The notes under the pieces were generated by a model. It was given only the letters and a program-made list of their open reading frames with translations, was not told the origin of the DNA and searched no databases. A stretch of DNA of 64,000 bases from the human T2T-CHM13v2.0 reference genome, Homo sapiens. Shown in pieces: positions 1-33,095 of the stretch; position 1 is the stretch's first letter; every line of letters starts with the position of its first letter. The stretch lies in the NCBI RefSeq assembly GCF_009914755.1, contig NC_060925.1, one strand, 5' to 3'. The translations under genes were made by a program, and so were the position numbers.

Positions 1-482
1 CAGGAGTGTCATCAGGGCAGGCTGGCTGGCCAGCTGACAAGTGGCATCAGAGGTGACTTTTACCTTGGTAAATTCATCATGGTCCAGGCTTATGAACTTG
101 ACTTTAACAGCATTAAGAGAGAACCTATCTATTGGGGAATGGAAAGTAGATCCTACTAACCCAGCTCCTATCCTGCTATCTGAGCCAGAGAAGCCATGTA
201 TTAATTTATGATGAGAAATAGAACTGCCAAGGGGACCAGAATGCTCACAATGCCATGTCCAGCACATTCTTTCCCCGTAGGAAAATATGCACAGGAAGCC
301 AATTTATGATGTGAAGACAGCTTTGAGAGTGGGACGGGAGGGAGGTGAATGGTTTAAATATTTGATGGCATCAGGCTCGGATAGCTTTGTGCCTCCAAAT
401 CCCCAGAAGGAATAAACCTGCTACTGGCACCTGAGTAACTGTGTAGGGGCCAGGACTGGGATGGAATATACAAATATGTGCT

Positions 483-537
483 TCTCTGACTCTCTCTCTC
501 TCTCTCTCTCTCCCTAATACATATATACATACACACA

Positions 538-585
<48 letters not shown>

Positions 586-600
586 CACACATACATATAT
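483..600. repeat. Compound microsatellite (CT)n then (CA)n/(TA)n
   Basis: Dinucleotide runs visible directly; they explain the VCVCVC/ERERER ORFs. Confidence 0.95.
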
Positions 601-611
601 TTATGTATGTA

Positions 612-889
612 TTAGAGACAAGCACTCTGTTGCCCAGGCTGGAGTGCAGTGGTGCAATCATAGCTCACTGCAGCCTCAACCTCCTGGGTTCAAGCAATCC
701 TCCAACCTCCTGGGTAGCTAGGACTACAGGCACACACCACCATGCTCATAATTCTTTTTATTTTTTCTTTTGTAGAGACAGGGTATCACTATGTTCCCCA
801 GGCTGGTCTCAAAGTCTGGCCTAAAGTGATCCTCCTGCCTCGACCTCCCAAAGCATTGGGATTACAGGTGTGGACCACCATATCCAGCC
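612..889 (-). mobile_element. Alu SINE (AluJ-like)
   Basis: Antisense Alu consensus (ctctgttgcccaggctggagtgcagtgg...ggattacagg). Confidence 0.9.
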
Positions 890-1838
890 TTCTGACTCTA
901 TATTTTTGTTCTAGCTCTACTTCTGAGCAGCCCATTTTTAGATTGAAGTTCTTTTAAATTTAAATCACCAAAGTAATATAAACTAATGAAAATTGTATAA
1001 GTAAAAATATCCATCCTTTCCACTCCAGATAGTCCCCCTCCCAAATTTAAATTCTGCTAAAGATTGATATGTACAATTCCTGATATTTTCTACCCACACA
1101 CACAACTTTACAGAAAATTAATACATCTATTAGTGTCATAAACACTGTTGATTATTTACCCAATAGCTTTCCCCTTTCATATTTTATATTGCTGGCAGAG
1201 TCCCAGTTTTATTTGGATGTTCTTCTACTGTAGTTGTTTGTTAGTGAAAGATGATCCTCTCCCCAAGTTCAGGGATAAGTAAAGATTGCTGTTTGGTAAT
1301 CATTCCCATCCCATTCCATGTAGTGTGTGATTACAACCCTGGCCTTCTGAATTAGAAATTATAGAAAAGATTTTCACTCCTAATAAACAGAGATGGATGA
1401 CAGGCAGCATTCCACTTCTTCTCTGGATGTCATGTCTGCATTTGACACCTGGAGCTGCTGCAGCCATTATTACAACATCATGAAGGGGGATATCTCCACA
1501 TTGGCAGTTAAGATTTTTCAGTCGTGTTTAACAGGAAACCAAATAAAACTGGCTTAAACAAAAATGAGATTGTATTGGTTGATATAATTGGATAGGAGTA
1601 GATCTGTATAGAACAGTAAGATTTTGCATTGGAATTCTGGTAGAGTGCAAAATCACCAAACCTGGATACTCTAAAAAAGAATGCAATTGAAATCCTAGAA
1701 CTGAAAAATATAATAATTGAATTTAACATAGTAGATGGAGCTGATAGCAGGTTAGACACAGCTAATTCTAGGATTAATGATGTGAAATATAGTTTCAGCA
1801 TAAAATATCTAGTATCAGAAGAGAGAAAAGAATTGAAA

Positions 1839-2920
<1,082 letters not shown>

Positions 2921-3130
2921 TATATATATAGGTAAGAGAGAAAGAGACATATGGGACATGGCAAAAAGGCCTAAATACATGGAATTAGAGTCCTAGAAAG
3001 AGGAAACAGGAAAGAAGTACTATTTGAAAAGAGAGTAGTTGAAAATTTTCCAAAATTGATGAAAGATATCAAGACACATACTCAAGAAGCACTATCAATC
3101 CCAAGCAGGATAAATGCAAAGAAAACTACA

Positions 3131-4497
<1,367 letters not shown>

Positions 4498-5205
4498 GAC
4501 TGACAACTGACTCTTTCATAGAAATGATAAAATCCAGAAGATGATGGAATGGCATCTATAAAGTGCTAAAAGAAAATATCAATCTAAAATGCTATACTCA
4601 GTGAAAATATTCTTCAAAAATGAAGGTAAAATAAATATGTTTTCCCACAGTCAAAATTCTTCACAGATCCACACTAAAAACATATTAAAGGGAATTTTTT
4701 TAAAAAACTCAAAAGGAATTATGAACATCCAGGAAAAAAATAAGGTCAAAAGAAAGTAAATATGTGGGTAAAAATAAATGAACAATAACTGTATAAAGTG
4801 ATAATGTCATGTGAAGTTCTAAATGCACATAGAATTAAAACATCACAAAAATAGCACAGAGTGTGGGAGCAGATAAATGGAGTTAAAGTATTTTAAGGTA
4901 CTTGCATTGTCTATGAAGTGGTAAAAGAATTAATTTATATTAAACTTTAGCAAGTCAAGGATGCATGCTGTAATTACCATGGTAATCATGGAAAAATAGT
5001 AATAAAAATATGTTACTAACAAGCTAATGTAGAAACATTTGGAATAATAAAAATAATCAAAAAAGATTTAGAAGAGAGGAAAAAAGGAACATCGAACATG
5101 TGGGATAGATAGAATACAAATACTAGGATATCTTGAAACTCAGATGTATAAATAACTATTTTAAATATAAATGGACTAAATATTCCTATTTTAAAACAAA
5201 GATTG

Positions 5206-5519
<314 letters not shown>

Positions 5520-5545
5520 AAAACAAAGATAGTCAGATTGAGTTT

Positions 5546-6229
<684 letters not shown>

Positions 6230-6243
6230 CCAGATTGGGTTTT

Positions 6244-12450
<6,207 letters not shown>

Positions 12451-12566
12451 TTAAAAGAAAGAAAAGGAAGGAAGATAGAAAAAGACTGGAGGACACAGAA
12501 GGGACAGGGGAGGGTGTAGCATTTTTCTGCTTTGGTGGAGACCATAATGATCTCTTATTATCATAG

Positions 12567-12875
<309 letters not shown>

Positions 12876-14017
12876 TATCATAGCCTATTCTTATAATGAC
12901 ATCTCTCAGGTCTAATGAGCCCATGATGAACCTTAATCCTATGTTCTGCTTCATGTTATAATTCTTGCTGCTGGTTCTAGGCCAAACATTGTGTAAGTGC
13001 CTTGTTTGTTCAATCCTTACTGCAAATATATAAGGCAGTTATTGCCCTGTATTTCCTTCTCTTCATATCCAAAGTTCTAAAGGGTAGTCCACTAGTCCCC
13101 ACTTCCCTATTTAATTTGTTTAAATACACTTTCACTTTTAATCAAAGTAACATTGTACATAGTATTAAAAGTCAAACAGTACTACAAGGCTTATAATTGA
13201 AATAGAAATCCTCTGCTTCCTCCTCCCATCCCTGAGTTTCAACCACTTTTGCACCTTTGGTTTTATCTCCTGTCATTTCCCCATACTTACTGAACATGGT
13301 GCTGAATCTCACACAGGGTGGGCCCTTTGTAAGTGGAGGTTTTTCCTGCTCTCATTCTGTTCCGCAAGCCTCACAACATGGTCAGTTGGGGGTGATGAGA
13401 CCCCAATATATATGAAACAGCTCATGAACAACTCAGCTGACATCTACAAACACTGTGCGCCAGGTTCAAGAGAGAGTATTTACTGTGCAACGATTAAGAG
13501 CACAGGCAGATGTGGGCTCAGATCCTACCCCAGCCTCTCCCTACCTCTCTGAGCCTTTGTTTCTTCACCTGTAAAATGGGGAATGACCTTACCCATGACA
13601 CAAGATTGCTGTGAGGATGGTGTGTGTGTGAGAGCAATCAAGCATCCTAAAACACAGCTAACACGGCTAACATGGTTTCTGCTCCACTCCACAGGGAACC
13701 AACCATAGAGAAACCATGGTGGGGAGACGTCTCGAGGGATGGGCGAAATCTGAATAGGAAGGAAAAAGAAAAGTTATTACAAGGGAGAATCAGGCTGAGT
13801 GCAGTGGCTCACACCTGTAATCACAACACTTTGGAAGGCAAAGGTGGGAGGATCTCTTGAGCCCAAGAATTCAAGACCAGCCTGGAGAGCATGATGAGAC
13901 CCCATCTTTAAAACAATAAAATAAAACAGAACTGAAGCACAGACATAAAGGCAGAAATAAACATGGCATGTTTGAGAGACAGTGAAAGGAGACCAATGTA
14001 ACTTGAATGTCAGGTTC

Positions 14018-21085
<7,068 letters not shown>

Positions 21086-21789
21086 TGGAAGGCTGACCTA
21101 TGACTGCCAGTGTTCCTGGGGCTGAGTGATATAAAGAGCTGGACTTCTTGCCATTTATTGATCCAGACTCCCCTGGATTTCAGGATGGCCTCTCACTCCT
21201 CCCTCTCCTGTTGCCTAGTACTCCTGTGTCTGGGGATTCTCTTGTTATACTCTTTCACAGAACAAACCTGTCATCTCCAGCCATAGTGGGGAAAGGGGGC
21301 TCTCTCAACACAGTCCTAGTTCTGTAAGGAAGAAGGGGAAAATTGACTCTGAGCAGATGTAGGAGAGACTTTTGGCTGTTTACCCAAATCCCCTTCCTTT
21401 TGCCCTTCTTTCTGATTTTTTTCACCTCTGAATGGCCTTGGCACAGGATTTGCTTGGATGTGAATAGATGACACAATTCTGGCCAATCAGAAGTGATGGG
21501 AAACCTGCTGAGAGCTCCTAGAAGAGCTTATCTTACTTGTTAAAAGGATTATAAAATAGGGCCATTCCCTTTTCTGCACCTGGATGTTGTCCTGTGGGAA
21601 TGGAATGCTTGGAACTGCTTCCATCCTTCTCAATCATGAAGGGAAGGCCAAAAAAAAAAAAAAAAAGAATCACAGAGAAGGTGATCTGATGTCACAGTGT
21701 CTTTGAACCCTTAGATTAACCATCTCTAGAACCAGCCTAGTTAAAGCCTCCTTAATATGTGGGGTAATAAATACACTATACTCTAAGCC

Positions 21790-22262
21790 CTAAAGGACCA
21801 GTCAAATCAGCATCACCTGGCATCTTCTTAGAAACATAGACTCTTGGCCAGGCACAGTGGCTCTCACCTCTAATCTCAGCACTACAGGAGGCTGAGGCAG
21901 GTGGATTGTTTGAGCCCAGGAATTTGAGACTAGCCTGGGCAGCATGGCAAAACCCCATCTCTACCGAAAAAAAAAAAAAATTAGCCAGGCGTGGTGGTGC
22001 ACACCTGTAGTCTCAACTACTTGGGAGGCTGAGGTGGGAAGACTGCTTGAGCCCAGGAGGCAAAGGTTGCAGTGAGCTGTGACTGGGCTACTGCACACCA
22101 GACTGGGTGATAAAGTGAGACCCTGTCTCAAAAACAAAAAACAAAACAAAACAAACAAACAAACAAAAACAGGTTTCATTCCAGACCTACTGAATCAGGA
22201 TCTGTATTTTTAACAAGATCCTCAAGGGACTGACATGCTCACTAAAGTTTGAGAAGCACTTT
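21790..22262. mobile_element. MER5A-like hAT DNA transposon interrupted by an Alu (about 21846-22170)
   Basis: catcacctgg...ccagacctactgaatcag...ctaaagtttgagaagcact motifs. Confidence 0.7.
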
Positions 22263-22389
22263 AAGCCATGTTTAGCTGTTTTCCTTCTTATTTGTGGCTG
22301 AACACACATTCTAATCGATAGAATGGGTGTAATACATACCTTGAATGCCACGTGTCACATCTCTTTGGCCCACCTTGATTTTAGGAAAA

Positions 22390-23332
<943 letters not shown>

Positions 23333-24592
23333 TCTAGGATGGATGGTTCTGTGCGAGCTTAGTCTTCCTCACACTGGCGGCATCCCACTTGAATAAATAA
23401 TGTGTCCGTCTCTCTTTATACCTGCCTCAAAACCTTCTCTGATGTCCTGGGAGCCTGCTTGGCAACAGGAGACCAGAAATACAAGGAAGTTAACTCCCCT
23501 AGGGAAAATGCTTGACCAGTGGAGGAGGGGGTCAGTAGGTAATTGCTTCAGCCTCACACCTCCTAACTCTGGGAGGCATTTGTACACTTCTGAAAAGACG
23601 TGGCAGAATTAAGTCCCCATTATCTATAGCAGCGACATCCTCAGTGCACCATTGGTTTGGCTTTTCTTTTGTTCTTGTCTCATTCTGTTCAATTCCTAAC
23701 TCTTACTTCCTGAGATTACCTTCCAAATGACCTCCTGCTCCCAAGTCCCCTTCTCGGTCTTGTCAGAGATTGATAGGCAATCAATAGTCAGCTCCATCAG
23801 CTCACCTTGCTCAGAATAAAAGGGTAACTTATTGGAAGAATGGTCAAGTGTTTCACACCGCAACTAGGCCGCCAGGAAGACTGAAATCAGGACACCAATA
23901 ACACTAAGTTTCTCTCTGTCCCTTCCCTCTAATGGCATTATCTTGTTTGTTTGTTTGTTTGTTTGTTTGTTTTTGAGAGAGGGTCTCACTCGGTCACCCT
24001 GGCTGGGGTGCAGTGGTGTGATCACGGCTCACTGCAGCCTTGACCTCTCAGGCTCAAGTGGTCCTCCCACCTCAACCTCCCGAGTAGTTGGGAGTACAGG
24101 CGTGTGCCACCATGCCTGACTAATACATTTTAATTTTTTGTAGAGATGAGGTCTCACTATGTTACCCAGGCTGATCTCAAAAGCCTGAACTCAAGTCATC
24201 CTCCCACCTCAGCCTCCCAAAGTGCTGCGATTACAGGCATGAGCCGCCGCACCCGGCAAATGGCATTATCTTTAAAGAGGATGAAATCTCTCCTGCAGAC
24301 CAGAGAGTAAAATCCCAAAAAATGACTGGAATTGATGCCCTTTGGGTCAGTATTCATGATTGGTCCAGTGGAAGATGGGAAGCTATCATTGGACTAATTT
24401 TGACCACTAGGTCAGAGTACTAGCCCTGGGTCAAACTGTCAAGGCCAGGTGGCAGTGTCAAGGACTCCAGGCATGGCCAACAGGGGACACAATTGTTTCA
24501 GGGCATCCCAGAAATAGTGGGATGACTGGGAGCTGGGGAAACCTTCCCACTATTTTTCCAAAACCTTCACCACCCATTCCCTGTTCTCTTAG

Positions 24593-24964
<372 letters not shown>

Positions 24965-26089
24965 TAATCCACCTGCCTTGGCCTCTCAAAGTGCTGGATT
25001 ACAGGCTTGAGCCACTGCACCCAGCCTCTTCTCACTCTTTCTATTCCCAGAGTCACCTCACTCTTTGGTAGACATGGTATTCTCTCCAACATTTAACCCA
25101 CTCCACAAATGTAATCTCATCTAGTCATGGTAATTCTATCCCCCTCGGCAATAATTTGTCTGGCATAAAAAGGCCTAAACCAGATTAGACCAAGGAGATT
25201 CAATGAGATGTTTGTTTAGGACTTCTGGGAAAGAGAAATCAGTCTTACCCTTGCCTGTGGAATGGGAAGAGCAGTCAATAGCCATAGCAGCCATTTTGTG
25301 GCATGAGGGGAACTGGGTTTGTATATGAAGTCAGTGGTGGGGAGAGTAGAGCAGTGAGACGGGAACATCTCAGGTTCCTAATGACATTGTTGGATCAGAG
25401 AAAATACCCACTCTGCCCTGCCACTGGGCTCCTTGCTTTGCAAGTTGATACACTGGCATATTCCTTAAGTCAGGCTGAATCGGGTATGGGCGACCTGGAG
25501 CTGAAGGCATTCCACTTCATTCACATTTACCACCATAAGGTCTCTCAAGCTCACTTTCCTCGGCTGCAGGTCTACCAACACTTCCCAAGCTCCCTGCTCC
25601 TCTTCCTGGGTTCCCTACAATTCATTTTACTTAACCAATAAGAACTGGGTGCCCGCCATCATCCCAAGCTCTGTTTTAGACATGCAGACAGGGAATGAAA
25701 CAAAGTTGCTGTCATTGCGGACCACTGAAGGAGGCATATGATAAACAAAACTATCTTCTGAATAAATGAAGTAATGAATAATGCAGTGTAGGAACTCTAT
25801 CAATAGCGAGTGAAAAGCTTATTATCTACAGACTATCACACCAGGGGCTGGTACTCACTTAAACGGCACTAGGAAGTGAGTGTCAGATGCTGTTCCGGCA
25901 GCCCTTGGCGTCTAACAAGGTAAATAAGACGGGGCCTGTCCTCTGGAGCCCAGAATCCAGGAAGAAAGGCGCACATGTATTGAGCGCTTGCTTTTCAGGC
26001 CCCGTGGAAGTGCTTTACGGGAACCATCTCATTTAATCCTCCCTGACTCTAGGAGGTTCTCCCAGGAGAGACCGCTCCAGACGACATCA

Positions 26090-26316
26090 GGCCTACAAGC
26101 CAAGAAATGCAGCAGGCCTCTAGAAACTGAGAAAGACCCCCAGATGACAGCCAGCAAGCAAATGGGGGCCTTAGCCCTGCAATTGTATGGAACTGAATTC
26201 TGCCATTGAGCTGGACGTAGATCCGTTCCTAGAGCCTCCAGAAAGGAGTGTAACCTGCCAACGCCTTAATTTTGGCTTCGTGAGATTCCAACCAGAGAAC
26301 TCACTAAGCCACACTG
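26090..26316 (+). repeat. 227-bp direct copy of 23003-23229 (MLT1 segment), 3 mismatches
   Basis: Base-by-base comparison, ungapped at offset 3087; near-identical ORF translations starting at 23100 and 26187. Confidence 0.95.
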
Positions 26317-26319
26317 CGA

Positions 26320-27810
26320 CCCGGCAGGCTGGGCAGTGCAGCGAGCTCTGGAGAGTGCGCCCTGACCCGGGGTCCAGGCCCGGTCAGTGTGACCTTGCGC
26401 GAGTCACGGTCGTCCTCCGCCCGCCAGGCCCCGGACGGCGTCTGCAGGGTCCGATTCCTGGGGATTTCCCGACGCCCCTTCCCCCGAGGTTCAGGGGCTG
26501 CCTGGGGTGCCGGGGAGGGGGGCCGAGGGATGGGGGACCTGGGGCTAGAAGGGTGGCACTGAGACCCGTAGGGAGGGGGCCAGTGAAGTGAGTAAAGGTG
26601 GATCGACGAAGAAGGAAATCCTTGGGGAGAGAACCACCGACGCGCGCTTCTTTCCCCCCCCCGCCCCGCCTCCGCCCCCGCCCCCGCCGCGCCGCCTCTC
26701 TCCCGCGCTCCGGAAGGCCTGCGTCCCCGCTCCCCAGCCAGGCGCCACCACCTGCCGCCCAGGCAGCCAGGCGACTCTTCTTTCGCGGGTCACGCGGCCT
26801 GACTCAGGCCCCTGCTCCTGTGGCCCCGAAACTCGCCGTTCGCTGGGCCTTGCGTTGCACTCGGCGTGCAGTTCCCCCTCGGCTCGCGGCCACTTGGTCC
26901 GCGCCGCCTGCGTCCTGTGTGCCGAGCCCGCCCGCACTGCGGGGACAGGCCGGGCGCCGCCCACGCCGCGCTCTGCCGGGCGCACAGTCTGCCTGGGAAG
27001 CGCGCGGCCGGGCGGGCGGCCATGGCGCGGCACGCTGGGAGGTAGCGCGGCGGCTGCAGGAGCGCACAGTCGGCCATGGCCCGGCGGCGGCGCCGCGCCT
27101 GCATCGCTCTGTTCCTGGTGCTGCTCTTCGCCTTCGGCACCCTCATGGGTCTGCGCACGCTCAAGGCTCCGGACGGACTCCCGGCGCTGGGCCCGGGCCT
27201 GGAGCTGGCGCCCTTTGAGCGACGCCCAGAGGGGGCCCCCGCGCCCGCTGCCAGGGCCCCGGCAGCCCCTGCCGCGCCGCCCCCGCCGCCGCCGCCGCCC
27301 CGCACCGCGGACCCTGGCGGCTCCCCTGGGCCGGCACCCGCGGAGGCCGAGCCCGCCCCCGTGCAGAGCCTGCGCGTCTACTCGGACCTGCACGCCTTCT
27401 ACTACTCGTGGTACGGGAGCCCGCGGCGCGAGGGCCACTACATTCACTGGGACCACGTCATGGTGCCGCACTGGGACCCCAAGATCTCGGCCAGCTACCC
27501 CCGCGGCCGCCACAGCCCCCCAGACGACTTGGGCTCCAGCTTCTACCCGGAGCTGGGGCCCTACAGCTCCCGGGACCCCGAAGTGCTGCGGGAGCATATG
27601 ACCCAGCTCAAGGAAGCCGCCATCGGTGAGCGCCCCCCACCCCGGGCGGCCCTGCCCCCCAGCCTCACCCTTCCTCCTTCCCACACCCCAGCTCCCTCTG
27701 GTCCTGTCACCGGCCCTTTGGTCCCACTTATCCGCCAGCCTGGCTTCTTAGCTGTTCCCTCCCACTCTCATCCTGGGCCCACCATGCGACACCGCCCCTC
27801 CGTCTAGTAT
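26320..27810. promoter_or_regulatory. CpG island / promoter of MANEAL with GC boxes (about 26655-26697)
   Basis: Very high GC and CpG density; repeated CCGCCC Sp1-type motifs upstream of ATG 27076. Confidence 0.88.
27076..27625 (+). CDS. MANEAL: MANEAL coding exon 1 (endo-alpha-1,2-mannosidase-like, GH99; type II membrane anchor and Pro-rich stem)
   Basis: MARRRRRACIALFLVLLFAFG..., HAFYYSWYG motif; Kozak gccATGG; donor gtgagc at 27626. Confidence 0.97.
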
Positions 27811-28629
27811 TCAGACCCCCCAGCTGGGCCCTTCCATCCCTAACATCCAGGGCCCTTCCCATAGGGCGGAACTGCTAGGAGTTTGCACCAGGAGAGGGAG
27901 GCAGAGTCTTCAAATTTGTTGGGCGATGGGAAGTGAGGCCTGGAGTCCTGGCCCGCAGGTTCTGGGGTTCAGAGGAGTGGAACTTAGGGCGGCCTCTGCT
28001 TTCATGGCAGGTACAGGGTAGAGCAGCAGCCGTTCCTGCTTTTGCTGGCTGCAGAGAGGAAAGTGTGCCCGTGTTCCATGAAGGCCTCTGCTCTATTTGC
28101 AGTTGGAGGTAGTGTTGGGGGTTTAGAGGCTTTTCATCAAGCACCCAGCTGGAGGGAAGGTCCCAGGGCGCCTCCTTCGTAGGCTATGGAGGGGAGGCTC
28201 ACTTATTTCGGATTTCGTCACTGAATTTTGCTGGATTTTACAGATGGCCTCTGCTCAGGGCTCTTCTCCATGCGGGACGTTAGGGTTAGGGGTGCTTCTC
28301 TTCTTCAGAGGTAGGCCTGTGGCTTCCAGGTGGGTGTGGCACTGTCCTCCCATTCCCTTTGTTCTACTACTTGCTGAGGCAGTCTAAAGCCTGGCTCCCT
28401 TCCGGCCTGGCGCGCTACGGTTCCCGCAGGCGCTCCGCTTCAGCACCGCGGGCGTGGACAGCTCCGGGGCGCGAGGCTCTGGGACTCATCTGCAGGAAGT
28501 GAACCTGGCAGGAGGCTTGCTTCAGGTTTTTAGGAACCATTTTTGCAATTGGAGATGTTTGTGAGGAAAAAAATCTCTGTTGAGGGGGGTACTGTGTGTC
28601 TCTGAAGTGGCCTCTGTGTTGCGTCTCAG

Positions 28630-28739
28630 GCGTCCTGGTCCTGTCCTGGTACCCACCTGGCATGGCTGATGATAACGGGGAGCCCTCAGATGACCTGGTG
28701 CCCGCCATTCTGGACACCGCCCATCAGTACAGCATCCAG
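28630..28739 (+). CDS. MANEAL: MANEAL coding exon 2
   Basis: ctcag acceptor, VLVLSWYPPGMADDNGEPSDDLVP, gtgagt donor; frame consistent. Confidence 0.96.
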
Positions 28740-29636
28740 GTGAGTCTCCAAGAAGAGGCCACGTGCTCTCTGCCCTATTCTGGAGAGTTGCTCTCCTCCG
28801 CCCACAGGGTTAGTGCCTCTACAGAAGTTCTTGGCAGTAGCCCAAAGGGATAACAAATATGTGGCAAGTGTGGTTTTGGGGGAGGGTTCAGATAAATGGT
28901 GCCTATGTTGCTCTTAGTTTTTTGAATTCTAAGAAAACTGAGAAAACTAAATATAGGACCAAGAGAAGACTAAATAATTATCACTTTTGTTAAATAATAA
29001 TAGAGGTTAGGTTGTAAACCCTGGTGGAAAAAGGGTAGGCAAGAGCCAAAGGGACCTGCAGACTCAACTCTCTAGTGGGAGGCAGTGCTGGACCTCGAGG
29101 AGTAGGCAGGTGTTCTCAGCAGGTGGGCTCACTTTCAAGAGGAAGGACGGACTGGACGAAGCATTTCCCCACATGTGCCAATCAAGTAAGTCATCCCTTG
29201 CTTCTGTGGTGAAGGAAGAAAAATGATAGAGAAAGAAGAAAAGCCCCACTCCCCTATTCCTGAAGAGAATTCCACCACTGACATGTCTAACAGATCACAG
29301 CAGTTTTCCACTGACACAGCTTCAGCATACTTATTCCACTGTTTCAGGCAGCTAGCACCAACCACTTGGAGCTGGCACAAGGTTGAAACCTATTAGCCAC
29401 CCTGTAACAGCCCACCAAAATGATTCCCACATGCCCTGCTGCGGGAGATGGGCAAACTGCTCACCCCTGTTTTGGCCTTCAAGGGCAGCAGCTGCCTTTA
29501 TCTCTACTGTGCCCACCACTGCCAGGCCCTCTTCTGAACTCAGCCTCTCCTCCAGGCCATGGTTAGATCCTGAGCCTGATATGTTGTGGCCCCTAGATAG
29601 ACACTCACCTGACCATTACTCCTCTGTTTGTGGCAG

Positions 29637-29713
29637 GTGGCCTTCCACATCCAACCCTACAAGGGCCGGGATGACATCACTGTACATGACAACATCAAGT
29701 ACATCATTGACAC
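29637..29713 (+). CDS. MANEAL: MANEAL coding exon 3
   Basis: ggcag acceptor, VAFHIQPYKGRDDITVHDNIKYIID, gtaagg donor. Confidence 0.96.
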
Positions 29714-30022
29714 GTAAGGCTGCTCTGGGGGCCGGGATTTTGGTGGGGATCAAAATGGAGGTAGGGATAGAAGGTTTGGAGGGGCAGGTCAAGAGACACA
29801 GGGCATAATGCCTGTGTTTCCCAGCAGCTGTTTTATAGTAAGAGAGTACTGGGCCTAAAGTCAGGCAGCCTGGGTTTCAATTCCTGTCCTGTGGCTTCTA
29901 ATCTGTGATGAGGCAAGCCTCTTAACCTTTGAGTCTTGTGAGAATCACACGAATTAATATATGTGAAAGTAGCTTCTACAATGTAGGCACCTCATTTATT
30001 CATTCAGAAAGTATTGAATGAA

Positions 30023-31975
<1,953 letters not shown>

Positions 31976-32458
31976 GTCAGCTCTGCAAAGATCCGGAGGC
32001 AGGGAGAAAATTCCAAGCAGAGGGCTGGCAGATGCAAGTCCCATAAGATGGAACAAGCTTGCATGACACATGAGAGCCGGATAGAAAGGCCAGATGGGGA
32101 GTAATAGCTGGGAAAAGAGCAGGAATGGAGTAGGCAGGGCCAGATCAAGTAGGTGGGAATAATGAATGGATTATATGGAGGCAGGATGGGAGCCTGGAGA
32201 CCAGTTAGCTGGCTGTTGTTGCAATCCAGATGGAAGACGGTGGTGGCTTGGCTAAGGGTAGGGAAGTGAGGCTTAGGAATGACAACTGGAGAGAGGAAGG
32301 AGGGAACCAGGTTCTTGCTTAGAGGCATGATGACTCCAACTGTGGAGACTGACTGGCTCCAGAACTGGGCTGTGTTGCATCCGTATCTCATCCACGGGAG
32401 GTCCTACAGCTGTGCTGGTCTCTCCCATCCAGCTGAGGCTCTTCTTTCTCCTTCTCAG

Positions 32459-33095
32459 GTATGGCTCCCATGGTGCATTTTACCGCTATAAGAACAGCAT
32501 GGGCAAGAGCCTCCCACTCTTTTATATCTACGACTCATACCTGACGTCCCCTGAGGCCTGGGCCCACCTCCTGACACCAAACGGGCCCCATTCGATCCGC
32601 AACACGCCCTACGATGGGGTCTTCATAGCGCTGCTGGTGGAGGAGGGCCACACCCACGATATCCTGGCCGCCGGATTTGACGGCATGTACACCTACTTTG
32701 CCTCCAATGGTTTCTCCTTTGGTTCTTCCCATCAGAACTGGAAAGCTGTGAAGAACTTTTGTGATGCCAACAACCTCATGTTCATCCCCAGTGTGGGGCC
32801 TGGCTACATAGACACCAGCATTCGGCCCTGGAACAACCACAATACGCGCAACAGGGTCAATGGCAAGTACTATGAGACGGCCCTGCAGGCGGCCCTGACA
32901 GTGAGGCCCGAGATCGTTTCCATTACCTCCTTCAATGAGTGGCACGAGGGCACCCAGATTGAGAAGGCCATTCCCAAGAAGACACCCACCCGCCTGTATT
33001 TGGACTACCTGCCTCACCAGCCCAGCCTGTACCTGGAGCTGACACGCCGCTGGGCGGAGCACTTCATCAAAGAGAAGGAGCAGTGGCTCATGTGA
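32459..33095 (+). CDS. MANEAL: MANEAL coding exon 4 (catalytic C-terminus, TGA)
   Basis: Polypyrimidine tract and cag; FYIYDSY, GFDGMYTYFA, PSVGPGYID, SFNEWHEGTQIE; exons sum to 1374 nt = 457 aa + stop. Confidence 0.97.

Noticed and set aside
354-661. ORFs rich in VC/ER dipeptides
   Set aside because: Translations of microsatellites.
26545-27684. 379-aa antisense and 337-aa alternative-frame ORFs over MANEAL exon 1
   Set aside because: Expected from stop-codon scarcity in a CpG island; low complexity with no recognisable domain.
32535-33062. 175-aa antisense ORF
   Set aside because: Shadow of MANEAL exon 4 codon bias.
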